Shown here: positions 25,032-37,600 of the stretch, one piece after another
How positions within the stretch are numbered: position 1 is the stretch's first letter
How the letters are laid out: each line of letters opens with the position of its first letter
Assembly (NCBI RefSeq): GCF_018977255.1
Contig: NW_024704743.1
Span: 77,502,001 to 77,566,000 of the forward strand
Direction of reading: 5' to 3'
DNA from: Callorhinchus milii
Taxonomy: Eukaryota
Length of the DNA stretch: 64,000 nucleotides
Position numbers and translations under genes: made by a program
Notes under the pieces: model-generated
Seen by the model: the letters and a program-made list of their open reading frames with translations, nothing else
What the model was told of the DNA's origin: nothing
Database searches by the model: none

Positions 25032-26397
25032 CAGGGTTTTCAGCTCTTTAAGGTTTAAATATAGTTATTTATTTGTCGTCTTTACAATTATGGCAAACGC
25101 ACTCCTACATTGCACAACTGCATCATTTTATGGTAAAAGGTTTGCGGGCATCTATTTAATTACTTTTCCTACATGACCTCTTTCTTCAAAATGAAAAGTT
25201 TTCCTTGAAACAGTCTCTCAATTTGTCAGCTGTCGGAACAACCACAATCACTAATATAAGCTGTGCATTAGGATCGTGTGATTAGCCTCGAGTTCTGCAA
25301 AGATTACAGAACAGGGGACAAAGAGTAGATGTTTGCTGGGCAAAGTCAATGGTAGTAGGTAAGACCCCCTGAATAGTTAACAGCTTAAACAAAATGGAAT
25401 ATGAATGTTGTGTGGGAATCAAAGTTAGTTATAAGTCATTTGGAGAAGGTATTTTTCCTTCTCTATTGAGGCCAAGATAATATTGGTACAAATGCTCTGC
25501 TTTACGTTGGCAAGCTTTTCCTGTGAGTCAAGTCAAACTGAAATACTGTGTTAGTATACCTGCTTACCACTAACCCCCTCTTTATCTATCTTTAAATCCC
25601 ACCTCTAGAACTTCCTTTTCAACTGCACCTATGGTCACCTCCACCTTCTCCCATTGCCGTGACCTGGTGCTGAAACGTTTGCCAGTCTCAAACTGTTGTG
25701 ACAGCAAATTGCTTTTGAAAAAAATCAGTACTTAATCAAAACTTTAGTTTCCTTTGTTAGGAATGTAAAGTGAACCAAAAGAAATTGTAAGAGTAAAAAT
25801 TTGCATGTCTCCAAAATCTTGCTTCTCTGACCCTTGAAAGCTGAACTCTTCTGACGTACATGCTGATTGACTTCCATATCTTCCTTCCAGCAATGGTTGG
25901 TCATAGTCATGCTCATTACCTCATGGTTTAGCCCCTGAGCACAGCACCAGCAAATGAGAAAAACCTTATTTTTCTGTGCAACGAAACTTGAGGGAGATTG
26001 GAGCTATAGCTCCACTTCACATTGGCATGCTTTTCCTGTGAGTCAAGTCAAATTGAACCCCCCTCCCCCCCCCCCCCCCCGGATATAAATAAGAGTAAGA
26101 ATCAATTCTATTTAGTACCTTATTTACAGTTTGGTTTTATTTGCCTCTGGATGTCTTTCAGCGCTATGCACCACATCCAGCCTGGATGCCTCCTCCAAGT
26201 CTTTGATTATTACTGGTCCATAGACAGTCTTAGGGATGTGCATGACAGCAGAGCAGCCTGAGGTCACTGGCCTAATTTTCATCTCCTGTGGGGAAGTGGA
26301 TGGCCTCTTGCTTAGTGAGTCCCCATAATGGCATGGTTGAGGTAGAAACAGATGAAAAAAGTCAGTGTGTAAGTTACTGTGTGGGGAGCTGAGGGGA

Positions 26398-27110
26398 TTA
26401 ATAATAATCTTTGATTTGATAAAGCACCTTTGATGTTGGGAGAAGATCTCAAAGTGCTTCACATGTTTTTACTATACTTTGTAGGCAAATGCTGCAACCA
26501 ATAACACACTGCAGTGTCCCACAAACAGCCATGAAACAAATGACCAAATTTATCTAGAGGATTGTTCATGAGGAAGCCAGGAGAAACTCCCTACTCTTTA
26601 CTAATAGTGCCATGGGATTTTTAAGGTCTACCTGAACAGACAGATGTAACCATAGTTTATTGTCTCATCCGAAGGGTGGCACCTCCAATAATAATAATAA
26701 TAATAATCCTTGCTTTTGATATAGCGCTTTTCACGTCGGGAGGACGTCCCAAAGCGCTTCACAGAATACACTGTAAAGTGAATTGACTGTATATTTGTGG
26801 GCGAACGCGGCAGCCAATTGCGCACAGCAATGTCCCACAAACAGTCGTAGATTGAAAATGACCAATTTATTATTGTTTTGTTTTTGGAGGGATTATTATT
26901 AGGTGTGTGGAGTAAGGAAACTTGCCCAAGGTTTCGCCCTGCCTGGAATTGAACTCAGGTCTCTCGCTTGCAAAGCGAGTGCTCTAACCACTGGGCTACA
27001 GGACTCCACTATAATGCAATAATGCAGCACTCTCAAAGCATTGTATTGGAGTGTCAGCCTACCCACAATTTTCTGTCCCAGAGTGATACCAATTGAGCTA
27101 AACTGACACC
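26398..27110 (-). mobile_element. Old full-length Deu-domain SINE hosting young SINE copy 4
   Basis: Tail at ~26398, Deu body to ggcacctccaata (26690), resuming as atgcagcactc...gagctaaactgacacc (27022-27110). Confidence 0.8.
26687..27009 (-). mobile_element. Young tRNA-Ala-derived SINE, full length (copy 4)
   Basis: Near-identical to the other copies; long (ATT)n tail; caataat on both sides. Confidence 0.95.
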
Positions 27111-28499
27111 TGAATAAGCCTAGGTACCTGCAGAGTGTGTGAATAGATTGACATCAGTTAGGTTTTACTGACCATGGGTGTTCTGTACATGGGTCTTCCA
27201 AGCTTGTTTGTATCTATATTAGTTACTGTAGATTAATCACACCAGATGGCATAAATCTAAGATTTCTTGAATGAATTTCTATTTATTTCATTTTTGCAGC
27301 CACTCAACAATTTCTATCAAAGGTTGAATTTAATGAGATTGCCTATTGAACTGTTGAGATTGCCTCTTTATTGCTGTCCTTACTGAAATATAATGATTTT
27401 AGTGTATTTTATTATTGACTATAATGAGATTATAGTCTATTAAAAGGAAAACAAGAAATAAAAACTTTTACAAAAGAGTAATTTTAACACTGATCAGAAA
27501 GTTTCGAAGCTATTGTTGCAACATATATTCGTGCTGTATTGTGACGTTTTTGAATATGTGCTAAATCAACAAAACTATTAATCTTAGTGCTGATCCCTAT
27601 GCTTGTCCTGACCTGTTGTCTTCTGAACCATCTGCTGTATTAATCCAATAAGAAGTCCTCTCGCATTCGCGGAATTACCTTCTCATATTGCTTTCCCTTG
27701 CAGAGCATGTTCATTGATAGTTTCCTGCTGCTCTGTATGCGCACCAGTATGTAACACATGTATCTCTGTGTCTGAATGAAATTCACAATGTACAGAGGTT
27801 TTTAATACATTTCAGAAATTCATAATCTGTTATGAAATTTCAAATGGATCCATGTGAAAGGAACACCCTGCAGTGGGTGGGTCTTAAGCACGGTTTGCAT
27901 GTTGGTTCTTTTCCCAGTGTGTGACAATGCAGCACTATCAGACAGGCACCTACATTGGCTGTTTCTTGTGTAGGGTCTTATTTTCCTGGAATCTTCCCTC
28001 GCACTTGTTTAACCACTCAGTTTCATACTGCTTATAGAGTAACAAGTATTTTTAAAGCATAAATGGCATGAGAAAGCCAATGGCTATTTAAAGCTGTAAT
28101 GCCCAACAAGACCACATTAAAGTTTAAAGCAGTAAAGAAAGCTCACTAACAAGGCTCACTTTTGGTGCACTATCAAGATCTGATTTATGTACGGAGGTTA
28201 CTTTCTGTAGCAGGTGAAATCAACTACACTGACCCCACTTCTTATTCACAATTGGCATTAACTTCCATTCTGCGCAACCCGCCAATCAAAACACAGCAGT
28301 TAGCAATCGGATGTGGAGGCTGACGGCATTTATACACCACAAAGTGCATAGTTAAGAAGTTCAGACTCGCACTGAACAAATAAACCAGAACAAAACTTCA
28401 TAGTAAGATTTCATTTAATTGAGAATTGTAGCTCCTCAAATGATCTAGTGGTTAAATTCGCTGTCACCCAGTGTAGCGCTAGGCCAGATTGACCATTAG

Positions 28500-28680
28500 G
28501 TAATAATAATAATAATCCTTGCATTTGATATAGCGCCTTATTACATCTTCTCAACATCTCAAAGTATTTCACAGAATATACCGTGAAGTGAATTGACTGT
28601 AAGTTTTGCGGGCGAAACATGGCAGCCAATTGCACACAGCAGTGTCCCATAAACAGTCGCGGATTAAGTGACCAAATTAT
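28500..28680 (-). mobile_element. 5'-truncated SINE with older tail type
   Basis: aataatccttgcatttgatatagcgccttattacatc...gcagccaattgcacacagcagtgtcccataaacag. Confidence 0.85.
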
Positions 28681-30086
28681 TTTTTTGAAGGAATGTAGTG
28701 TAACTATGTATTGAAAACGTGTTAGCAATCAGAGTAAAAAAAAATCCACAGTCTGGGCTCACACAGAAGAATGGTGAGAGAGTTTACAGCATTAAAGGAA
28801 TGAGGCCCACTGTGTCTGTGGTGGTGCCAGCACCTCTGCTGGAGCTCTTAGATGAAGTAAGCCCTTTGCCCAATTTCATCTCATCTTTTCAGAACATCAA
28901 TCCTGCTATCTTCCCATTTACAGCATCAAGCTGTTTCTTAAATTAGGCTAGGGTCCTGCCCTCAACCACCTTGTCCTCGTAAGCCATTTGTGTTGAGTAA
29001 TCTCTGCATAAAGAAATACATAGTAGTGTCTCCGAGCCAACCCCATTGCCCTGCTTTTTCTCTATATCTTTTAGAATTATTATTTATTAAATATTATGCA
29101 GTTAAATGTTAATATTATGACTCAGTTTAGGATGCAACTGAAAGCAGTAACTCAGGGGCCATTTGATTTGCATTAACTGTTTTGAGCTTCACCCTTGCAC
29201 ACTATGCTGTCTGAATGCCTCTATTGTGTTGCTTGCTCCCAGTAATTCCTTGTTGTGTATATTATATGGTACACTGCATGGAAAATGTGCTGGTGATCGA
29301 GGTGCTGTTAACCAGCCAGTACCCATCAAAACATTCTCAAGGAAGAGTCGGACCTTCAGTGGAGGAGGAAGCAAAAAAACAATAAAAAAGAGAATTCTAA
29401 CAAGTAGCATCATTTTATGTTAATCCTTGAAAATATAAAATGTGTTTGTAGGTCACTGTGACTTTAAAAATAATTGTAGTTTGAGAAACCATGAGGAACA
29501 TTGTGAGCTATATCTACTTCAAACAAACCATCTAAACGTTGCAATATTTGGACCTGTTGCTACTTGTGTCCATTTGAATCATCTTATTTGTACAAGGGGA
29601 TGATTTTCACTCAAGTGTCACCGTTTACCACAAGATTACTTTTTTGAAGTTTTTCCAGCTAAAATGTTGGATCACAGCCATGGTTAGTTCATTATATTTC
29701 GGAAAAACAAAATTGACCACTTTTCTGAATTAGCTGGGCAGGGTTTTACTGTTCCGATGAATGTGTTTCTATCCCACAGCCTGTGTTTTCATTAATATGC
29801 AAAATGCTCCACATCCAACTATTTATTAAGATGAAAAGCCAGCCTTGAACTAGAGCAGCTACTGCAGTCATCACACCACCTTCCCTCCTTTACATAAACA
29901 CACAGAATGCATACTGAGTGCTTGAAGCTGTCACGACTGACAGAAAATACTAAATAACAATGATTTGATGTAGGTATGTGGCAGTGGTTTTCAGGCTTGT
30001 TGTGAGCTGTTCAGATAGGATGAGTCTTTGACAGTGACTAATCAAAATCTGATGGGTGGGGGGGGGGGTCTTCCTTGTCTCACTAG

Positions 30087-30293
30087 GTGGCAGTGTACGA
30101 CTACATCTGGAATGATGAACCCACCACACATTCCTTGTGTCGCTGTGGACCCCAGGAGCATAATCAAACCTCTGGATCAGAGTCTGGCCTTGGAGAGATC
30201 ACCACTCATGTGTCTATATACATTATCCACCTCAGTGGCTTGAGAGAGCTGCACAGGCATTTCCTTAGGCTGCCTGATGGTGCCATCATTGAG
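30087..30293 (+). CDS. OFCC1: OFCC1/ojoplano internal coding exon
   Basis: Acceptor cttccttgtctcactag at 30086, donor gtattt at 30294; 207 nt, phase 0 to 0. Reads VAVYDYIWNDEPTTHSLCRCGPQEHNQTSGSESGLGEITTHVSIYIIHLSGLRELHRHFLRLPDGAIIE. Confidence 0.9.
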
Positions 30294-31699
30294 GTATTTA
30301 AAGCAAATATTTCAAAGACTCATTAAGAATGCTACAAAGTGGAACATTAACCCATTAATCTTAAAACATCACACACACATTCAAATATGAAGTAGTATTT
30401 ATTTATCTTTATTTTTGGACTGAACGTGACAAAATATACATTAAGTGAAAATAGGAAGGATTTGCCAAATGATACAAGCAAGATTTGGTATAGTAATCCT
30501 TACATTTGATACAGCGTCATTCACGTTGGAAGGACATCCCACAGCACTTTACAGGATTTACTGTAAAGAGTAATGACTGCGCACTGTGTAGGTGAGCAGA
30601 GTGGTATTAAAACAGAGTTAAAGGTTATTTCTAGTGGTTCATAATATGGTTTACCACCAGTATCTTTTATTTTGACTTTTCCTTTGCTTGTGTCTTGGTT
30701 AGTTTTCTTCAAATTGCCATCATTTGGGGCTGCATTTTTATTACTGTTGATGAAACACTGTGACACATAGTACAAGGTCCAGTAAAATGCTTTTATCATG
30801 CACAGTAAAAAACAAGTAATTTGTGCCTTGAATTTTATGATCAGAAAATGTATGAGAAGGATATTATCCAATTGCAAATATATTTCGTTATAGAAAAGAT
30901 ATTGAGTACATTTAAAAAAAACTGCTCTGTAATTTTACATGTAATAGAAATTCTTAACTGCACACATGCCTTCAATATCAATGCCCTAAATAAACAGAAC
31001 ACTAAGGATATTGCTTGAGTTCTGTAAGTGCAAGCACAAAATTGGATTTACTGATACACTGCAGTCCGACAAAGCACTTATATGAAAATCTGGGATGGCA
31101 CAAACCGCAGCGAAGGGAGGCAAAGCATCCACACATATTCAAATGCTTTTGTGACATGCATTTTGAAAGATGCAATAGATTTTATCTTAATGTATTTCCA
31201 CTTCCAGTTGCATCATTTTTCAAGTAATGTTACAAAAAGGTGTGCATTGTTTTTTCAAATCTCCCAATGTGGAAAAGTGGAATTATTTCCAAACAAATTG
31301 TACACACTCAATCCCGCCCTTTATTTTTTCAATTGATTTTAAAATAATCGAACCAAATGTTTCTGCCAAATTAAAGGTGAAATAGTTTACAGGGATTTTG
31401 AAAGTTGCTGGAGTGTAAATGAAAACTGGATCAACACAGCTATATAACATATTCAAAATATTCCTTTTATAAACAGATCCTGAGTAATGGATTTTTGTCA
31501 ATTTTCTTTGTTCTTGGGAGATTTGTATGATTCGAACAATTTAAGCACTATCTCTGAGAACTGTTACATTGCACCTTGGTGAAAATTTATGCCAGTCCAG
31601 TTTGGATAACAATATAGCTGTTACATGAGGAGATGTGTGTGCCATTCCTGCTTACTCCCATTGCACAGTGACATTTTAAACTACGACTGGAATAATACA

Positions 31700-32420
31700 T
31701 AGGGTTACATAGATTGATACGACACAGAAACAGGTCATTCAGTCCAACTAATCTCCACTTCTCCTAATCCCCTCTATTCCCCTTTCCTAAACCACTCTAT
31801 TCCCTTCTCCCTCACGTGTGCATCATTTACTCTCAAATGCGTTGATGCTTTTTGCTCAACCATAGTTTCCAGCATTGTGTTCCACAATGTCACCACCCTC
31901 TGTGTAAAGATTTATTTCTAAAAATTCATGTTTAGATCTACTACTAGCTATCGTATTCATGCCCGCTCGTTCTGGACTCGCTAAGAAGTGGAAAGAGCCT
32001 ATCAATATCCACCTTATTAAATCCTTTCCTAATCTTACACCCTCTTTCAAGTCCCCTTCAATTATCTCTAGAGAGAAAAGCTACAATCGGCCCAATCTTT
32101 CTTGATAGCTGTATCCATTCATCACTGGTATCATCCTTGTGAATCTACTCTGAATTGTGTTGAATGCTGCAATGTTCTTATGGTAATAATGTGACCAGAA
32201 CTGCATGCAGTACTCCAAATCATCTAACCAAAGTTTTAAGTAAATTTAGGATTACTTCTCAACTTTTGTACTCTGGACGTAAAGCCAAGGACTTTACTTG
32301 CATTTTTTATGACCATATCCACTTGTGCTGCTATTTTTAAAGTCCTATAAATCTGAATCTGAATCCCTCTTTGTTCCTCTACGCCTCCTTGGTACCTACC
32401 ATTAAGCCATGAGTAGCATA
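31700..32420 (-). mobile_element. Degraded CR1-clade LINE 3' portion
   Basis: 3' end acatagattgatacgacacagaaacaggtcattcagtcc, and gaccagaactgcatgcagtactccaa (reverse of the CR1 LEYCxQFW region). Confidence 0.8.
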
Positions 32421-33999
32421 TCAGCAGATTGTCAGCAGTTCCATAATTTTTTGTTTGGAGAGTATCCTGCATTTCTCTCTGACAGATTTTCACAAATGTC
32501 AAAATCATAGCTGAAAATGCACAAAGCCATTTTCTGAAATTTTTGAGATGTGACAAATATCAGTTTATTTTTCAAAAGTGTTAGAAATGCCTTACAGATG
32601 GCTTGATTTCCCTTTATTCATGGATTCACTGGCCTGTACATTCTTTACAAGAGATAAGATATTTCATCAGCTGATCTTAAAAAATTTCAAGGAGCAGGAA
32701 AAGTTTACATGGCACACATCAATTTCTGATTCTCCACTGGAATGGAATGTGATGGGCTTGTTGAGCTGACCGGCTTTTCCTGTTTCTAAAATACGTTACA
32801 TTCTTTGGTTCAGTTGTTAAGAATTTCTTGTAAAGTGTAAAGAAGCCCGCAAACCAGAGGTAGTTACATTTGAAAACAAAACAAAACACAACTACAGGGT
32901 TTTGCTAAGAGAATCAACCCAATGTCAGCGAGGTGCTTGAAAACAATGAGGTGAAAACTGCAGTGTTTCATAACAGATTCAATGTGCAAATAATCACACC
33001 GAATCTATCATATTAGGAAGCATGGCATATTTCTATGTTTTGCTAAAGACTGGCTTTGGATGTGAATCCCTCTTCCTCCCACACTTTAGCACAATAATTA
33101 TGCCTGAAATGATCAGTGTAGATATTCCCATTTAAGTGGGTTATTTTGTTCCGGATTGGCATTTGTGTGTTGCATCAAATAATACCAATTGGCTTTAAGT
33201 TAGTATCAGTGAAGTTGGTACTAAAATGGTACTATACGCATTATGCCAAGATCAAGTTGGGGAAGGGGAGGGTTCACACCCACAACTAGATGGAAATAGT
33301 GAGGAAAAGAATGCGACTTTTTTTCTAAAACAAAGTGTTTTGTGTCAAAGATGAGTTGAATGAACTAGTTTTGAAGAGATAGTGAATGTGACAAGGTGAA
33401 AGAGTCAAATCAACAGGAGCAACTAAAATGACAAGCTCACTGAAGCTTATCCGAGGTAAATGACTTTCACTGATGTTAATTCACTTCCTCAATAATGTCA
33501 GACTCTAACATCTCCTCCCATCCAATTCCCCAGTGAAGTAATCAACAATGAAATTGACATAATTCAATAAACAAAGACGGAATCCCAATAATTATTTTTT
33601 ATTTGTTAGTTTCTAAAAGACCCTCCACTGACAGGTAGTGAACCTATAATATTTTTTCGACCAATATAAAAATCTTCATAAAATTTCACTTTATCTGAAG
33701 GTGCTTTGGAACTCATGCTTAGGTACTGTTCCACAATTGACCCAAGTGACCATTTTTCATGATTGAGCATAAACAATGAGTATTAGAGAGCTGTTCGATG
33801 GTGAGGTAATCACAGCTAAGCCCAATCTGTCTTTATCAATGCAGAACAGTTGCCAGTAAATGACTTGTGAAGTGTTCACAAATGCTTTAATGTGGTAGAA
33901 AGTGATATGGGTTTCTTTATTCGGTGCTGATGGACTCATGCAGTATGTGGTGATAGTGGATTCTGGCATGGCTATGGTATCTTTCCTCAGCCATCCAGG

Positions 34000-34620
34000 T
34001 GCAGCAACAAATGCACCTATATATCACTGCTTATAGAATTGTCTCAAGATGCTTCAAATAAATAATAGCATGGAACATGGAGAAAAGGAAGGAAAATGTA
34101 ACAGTGTTGATCAAAGGCATGGGTTTGGGGAAATCTTTCCAGAGAAAAGGGGACATTATGGCTGAATCACTGCTGCTTGGACAGAGGGAGAGGAGTTAGA
34201 AGAGTGGAGGACAAGATGAGAAGAGGGCTGTAGACGATGGTATGGATGGTGAGGAGTAAGACCATGATTTGAAGGTCAGTATGAAAATCGTCATTTAGCT
34301 GGTGGACTGAGACATATCTAGAAGAGTAGTAATGGGTGTGTGCAGCTTGTACAGACGAAGGTACAGGCTACAAGTTTTGGATGAGTTTGAGCTTATGGCG
34401 GGTCCCATTAGGAAAAGCCAGTGAAGAGAGCATTAGAGAGGTCAAAACTCAAAGTGATAATGGTATGGCTGCAAAGGTACGGGTATGGGGTTCAGCTGTA
34501 GAGGGTGTGAAATAGGGATGAAGGCAGGGAATGTTTCCAAGATGGAAGAAAATGGTTTTGAAAATGACTTATGTCCTATGAAGGATTTGAAGTAGAACTG
34601 TGGGTCAACTGAACATTCAT
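34000..34620 (-). mobile_element. Highly degraded L2 LINE fragment
   Basis: Purine-rich plus strand; tail-like gcaacaaatgcacctatatatcac; ttttggatgagtttgagctta...cattagagaggtcaaaactc matches the reverse of L2 ORF2. Confidence 0.55.
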
Positions 34621-37600
34621 AAGCAGCCAAAGAGATTGATAATAAAAATAGCTTTCCTTGCATTTGAGATAGCAATATATATGCTATCTGCGGAACAAGA
34701 TGGCTTCACTTTTGTTAATGTTTGGTGGAAGGACAATAAGGCTCATCAAGGACTTGATGTCTGACAGGCAGTTAATAGTTCTGGAATCCTGTTGGCAACA
34801 AAGAGGTAGAGCTGGGAGTTATCAGTATACATGTAGAAACTAATTTCATGGAAGCGGATGATCTCTCCAAGTGGAAGTAAACAGGCTGAGGTCTAAAGCA
34901 CAATGCAATAAGATGCAATAGATTATTATATGATTTGGCAATAGTTTGTAAATACCAGGTGACAGATAGGTCACGGTGCATAAAGCTGAGATGCTAAAAC
35001 CAGGTCATGGGTTGAGTTATTACATATCAGACATTCCAGTAGATGTGGGATCAGCTAATGAGAATGGAATGCATTCATCAAGAGCACTTCATTCGAGAAC
35101 TGCATATCGGGCTTTAGACAACAGCACTTCTCTTTGTTATGTGTTCTTTTGAAGTTTGTAACACCAATGAAGAACAGTCTGTGAGTAATCAGTCTGTTCT
35201 TCATGGATGTTACAGAATTCCACAAAGATCAAAGACTTTGGGGAACAATCTATATGAGAGTGTGGATATTCATGGATTCATTTGTGAAGTCACCTGTGGC
35301 CTCAGGCTCCTCTGTGGAAGTACAGCCTGGTCCAGGTCTGACTGACTCACTCAGATATCTACCCTCGCGTATCCAGCACTTATCATGCAACTTATGCATT
35401 AGGGGGCATTCCAGGATTAATCAACAGTTTCCATTGAAAGCATTAGCCTACATCGAGATTAGATGGTACGTTTAAATTAGGTACTTGTTCAGTAGGAAAT
35501 TAAATTTCAGCAATCGTTATCACCAGGTAAATCGAATGGCAAGTGTGTAATTTTGAGTCCCACAAGATGGGATTCAGTCTTAGGAGTCCAGCTGAGAACT
35601 GATGAAACTGAACAAAACTAAAACATTATGTGCTGGGGTACTGGCTGAAGATAGCTTGTAACTCCGCAGTCATATTAATGTGAGAAGACTGTACCAACAA
35701 TCTTCACAGTGAAACATGAAATTGATAAGCAATAAGGAGCTGTGAACAACACATGACAGGGTCTGTTTGAGAGCAAATCAAATGATATGATTCTGCAGTT
35801 TCTTTGCCACCGAAATGTGCCAACAGATATAACAATGCAAATGTTACAAATGATTAACCTCTGTGGTTTGATTCTGCAAACTCTGTAAGCACATTTGCAT
35901 GCACTTGTGTTTTTATGTGAAATTTGACATTGGTTGAATTTAAGACAATAGGTTTTGTCTGTTAGAGGAGTAACAATTGAAATACAATATTGAGCAGATA
36001 ATCACATTCTAACGTGGATGCTCTACCTCTGTGAAGACACACAAAACTGGTGGTTTTGTGGACTTCTTTACAATGTTGTGATGTGCGTTACATTGTAAAG
36101 GGGACACAGCACTCCAGAATCCAATGGATACTGTGGCGTTGTAGCATGATGCATGCTGAAAGCTCTCTGCCCATTTACTGGCACGAAACTCACCTCTTCT
36201 GCCATCGCTTAGCAGTAAGCAGCGTATGCTTGCAGCTGACCGGTGAAATGAACCACATGCACTGCACATCCCAGTTTCCCTCAGGCGTGGGCCTGCACTC
36301 CCATAGTGGCACTTAACTTTAGAGGAAACTGGAGCGACATCCTGTGTAGCTTGTATACTTGGCCTGTGGCAGGGAAGTGACATTGTTTAATGCTCATTAT
36401 TTGTGCCCACTGGATCAGTTATTTGCACTTCGATCAGGAAATGACTAAAATAGGTATGACTACATTCCAATGCAGTGCTGGCGAGGGGAGTTGCATTGTC
36501 AATGGTGCTGCCCTTCGGAGGAGACATAACACCAAGGCCCGTTAAAGATCCCATGCACTATTCGAAAAGACAAATGAGTTGCTATGACTGTTGTAAACAG
36601 TTTCCAGGCCAGCTTCCAATACATAAGAAAACAAATGTATAAATATGGCACCTGAAAGAGTCCCTCACCGTAACCATAATCATTCATGCCACTATTATTT
36701 ATGGAACACATTTGTACAAAACTAAAAGTCAGTTTCAAAATATACAATCATTTGACCTAAACAAAACATACCCAAGAACGTCTAAATAGAAAATTGAAAA
36801 GAATCAAATGCATTGGTACATAAATACCAAATAATTCTTTTTAATTTCCTGAGCCAACAATGAAAATCCTATTTGAGGAAATTAAAGCATGGCAATGCCG
36901 TTGAATTGATATAATGTCTTACAGACAGACATGGTTAGGACAACCTCATAGGGCCTCACAATGAATATCATTTGGGCGGGGAGGGGGGTGGGTAGGCTCA
37001 ATTTATCCAGATTTTACTGCACTGTAGTTTAACCTGGGATATTCCTATCTCAGAATTTGTGACAACCGGATGCAGTTGTACTGAATGCTACCTAAAGTCA
37101 GTGAAATACTGCACAGAACAATTAATCACCGGCTCCAGTGGCTTTTCTTCAGTGTTGTTCGTGTTCCATATTAGTATGTCTGTTCGTTTGAATGACATTT
37201 CCCATCGTGCTGCAGATAATCACAGAATTGATTCACGCTAGTCATTTATGGATTTGTGACCCCGATTGTGATGACACCTAAAGCTGTATTACTATAAAAA
37301 TAGGCACCATGAAATCTGAAGATGCTTGCAAGTTTATCCTGGATACAAAATAGTGTGTGGAATGCTAGGTGACACTGAGGGAACAATAGTGCTGCTCCAA
37401 CATATTTTGTGAAACAATCTTGACAGTTCTGTTTTATTATAACTGAGAAACATTCAACATTTTTAGAGTTTTATGAAGAGGCTTTTTTTTCACGTATTTA
37501 ACATAATGTCAAAAAAAAATCTGCTTGTTTTATCCATGACAATTTGTAGAACCAAAAGGCATTGACAGGCTTCTCAATGGCATGCTGAGGCTGATATCAG

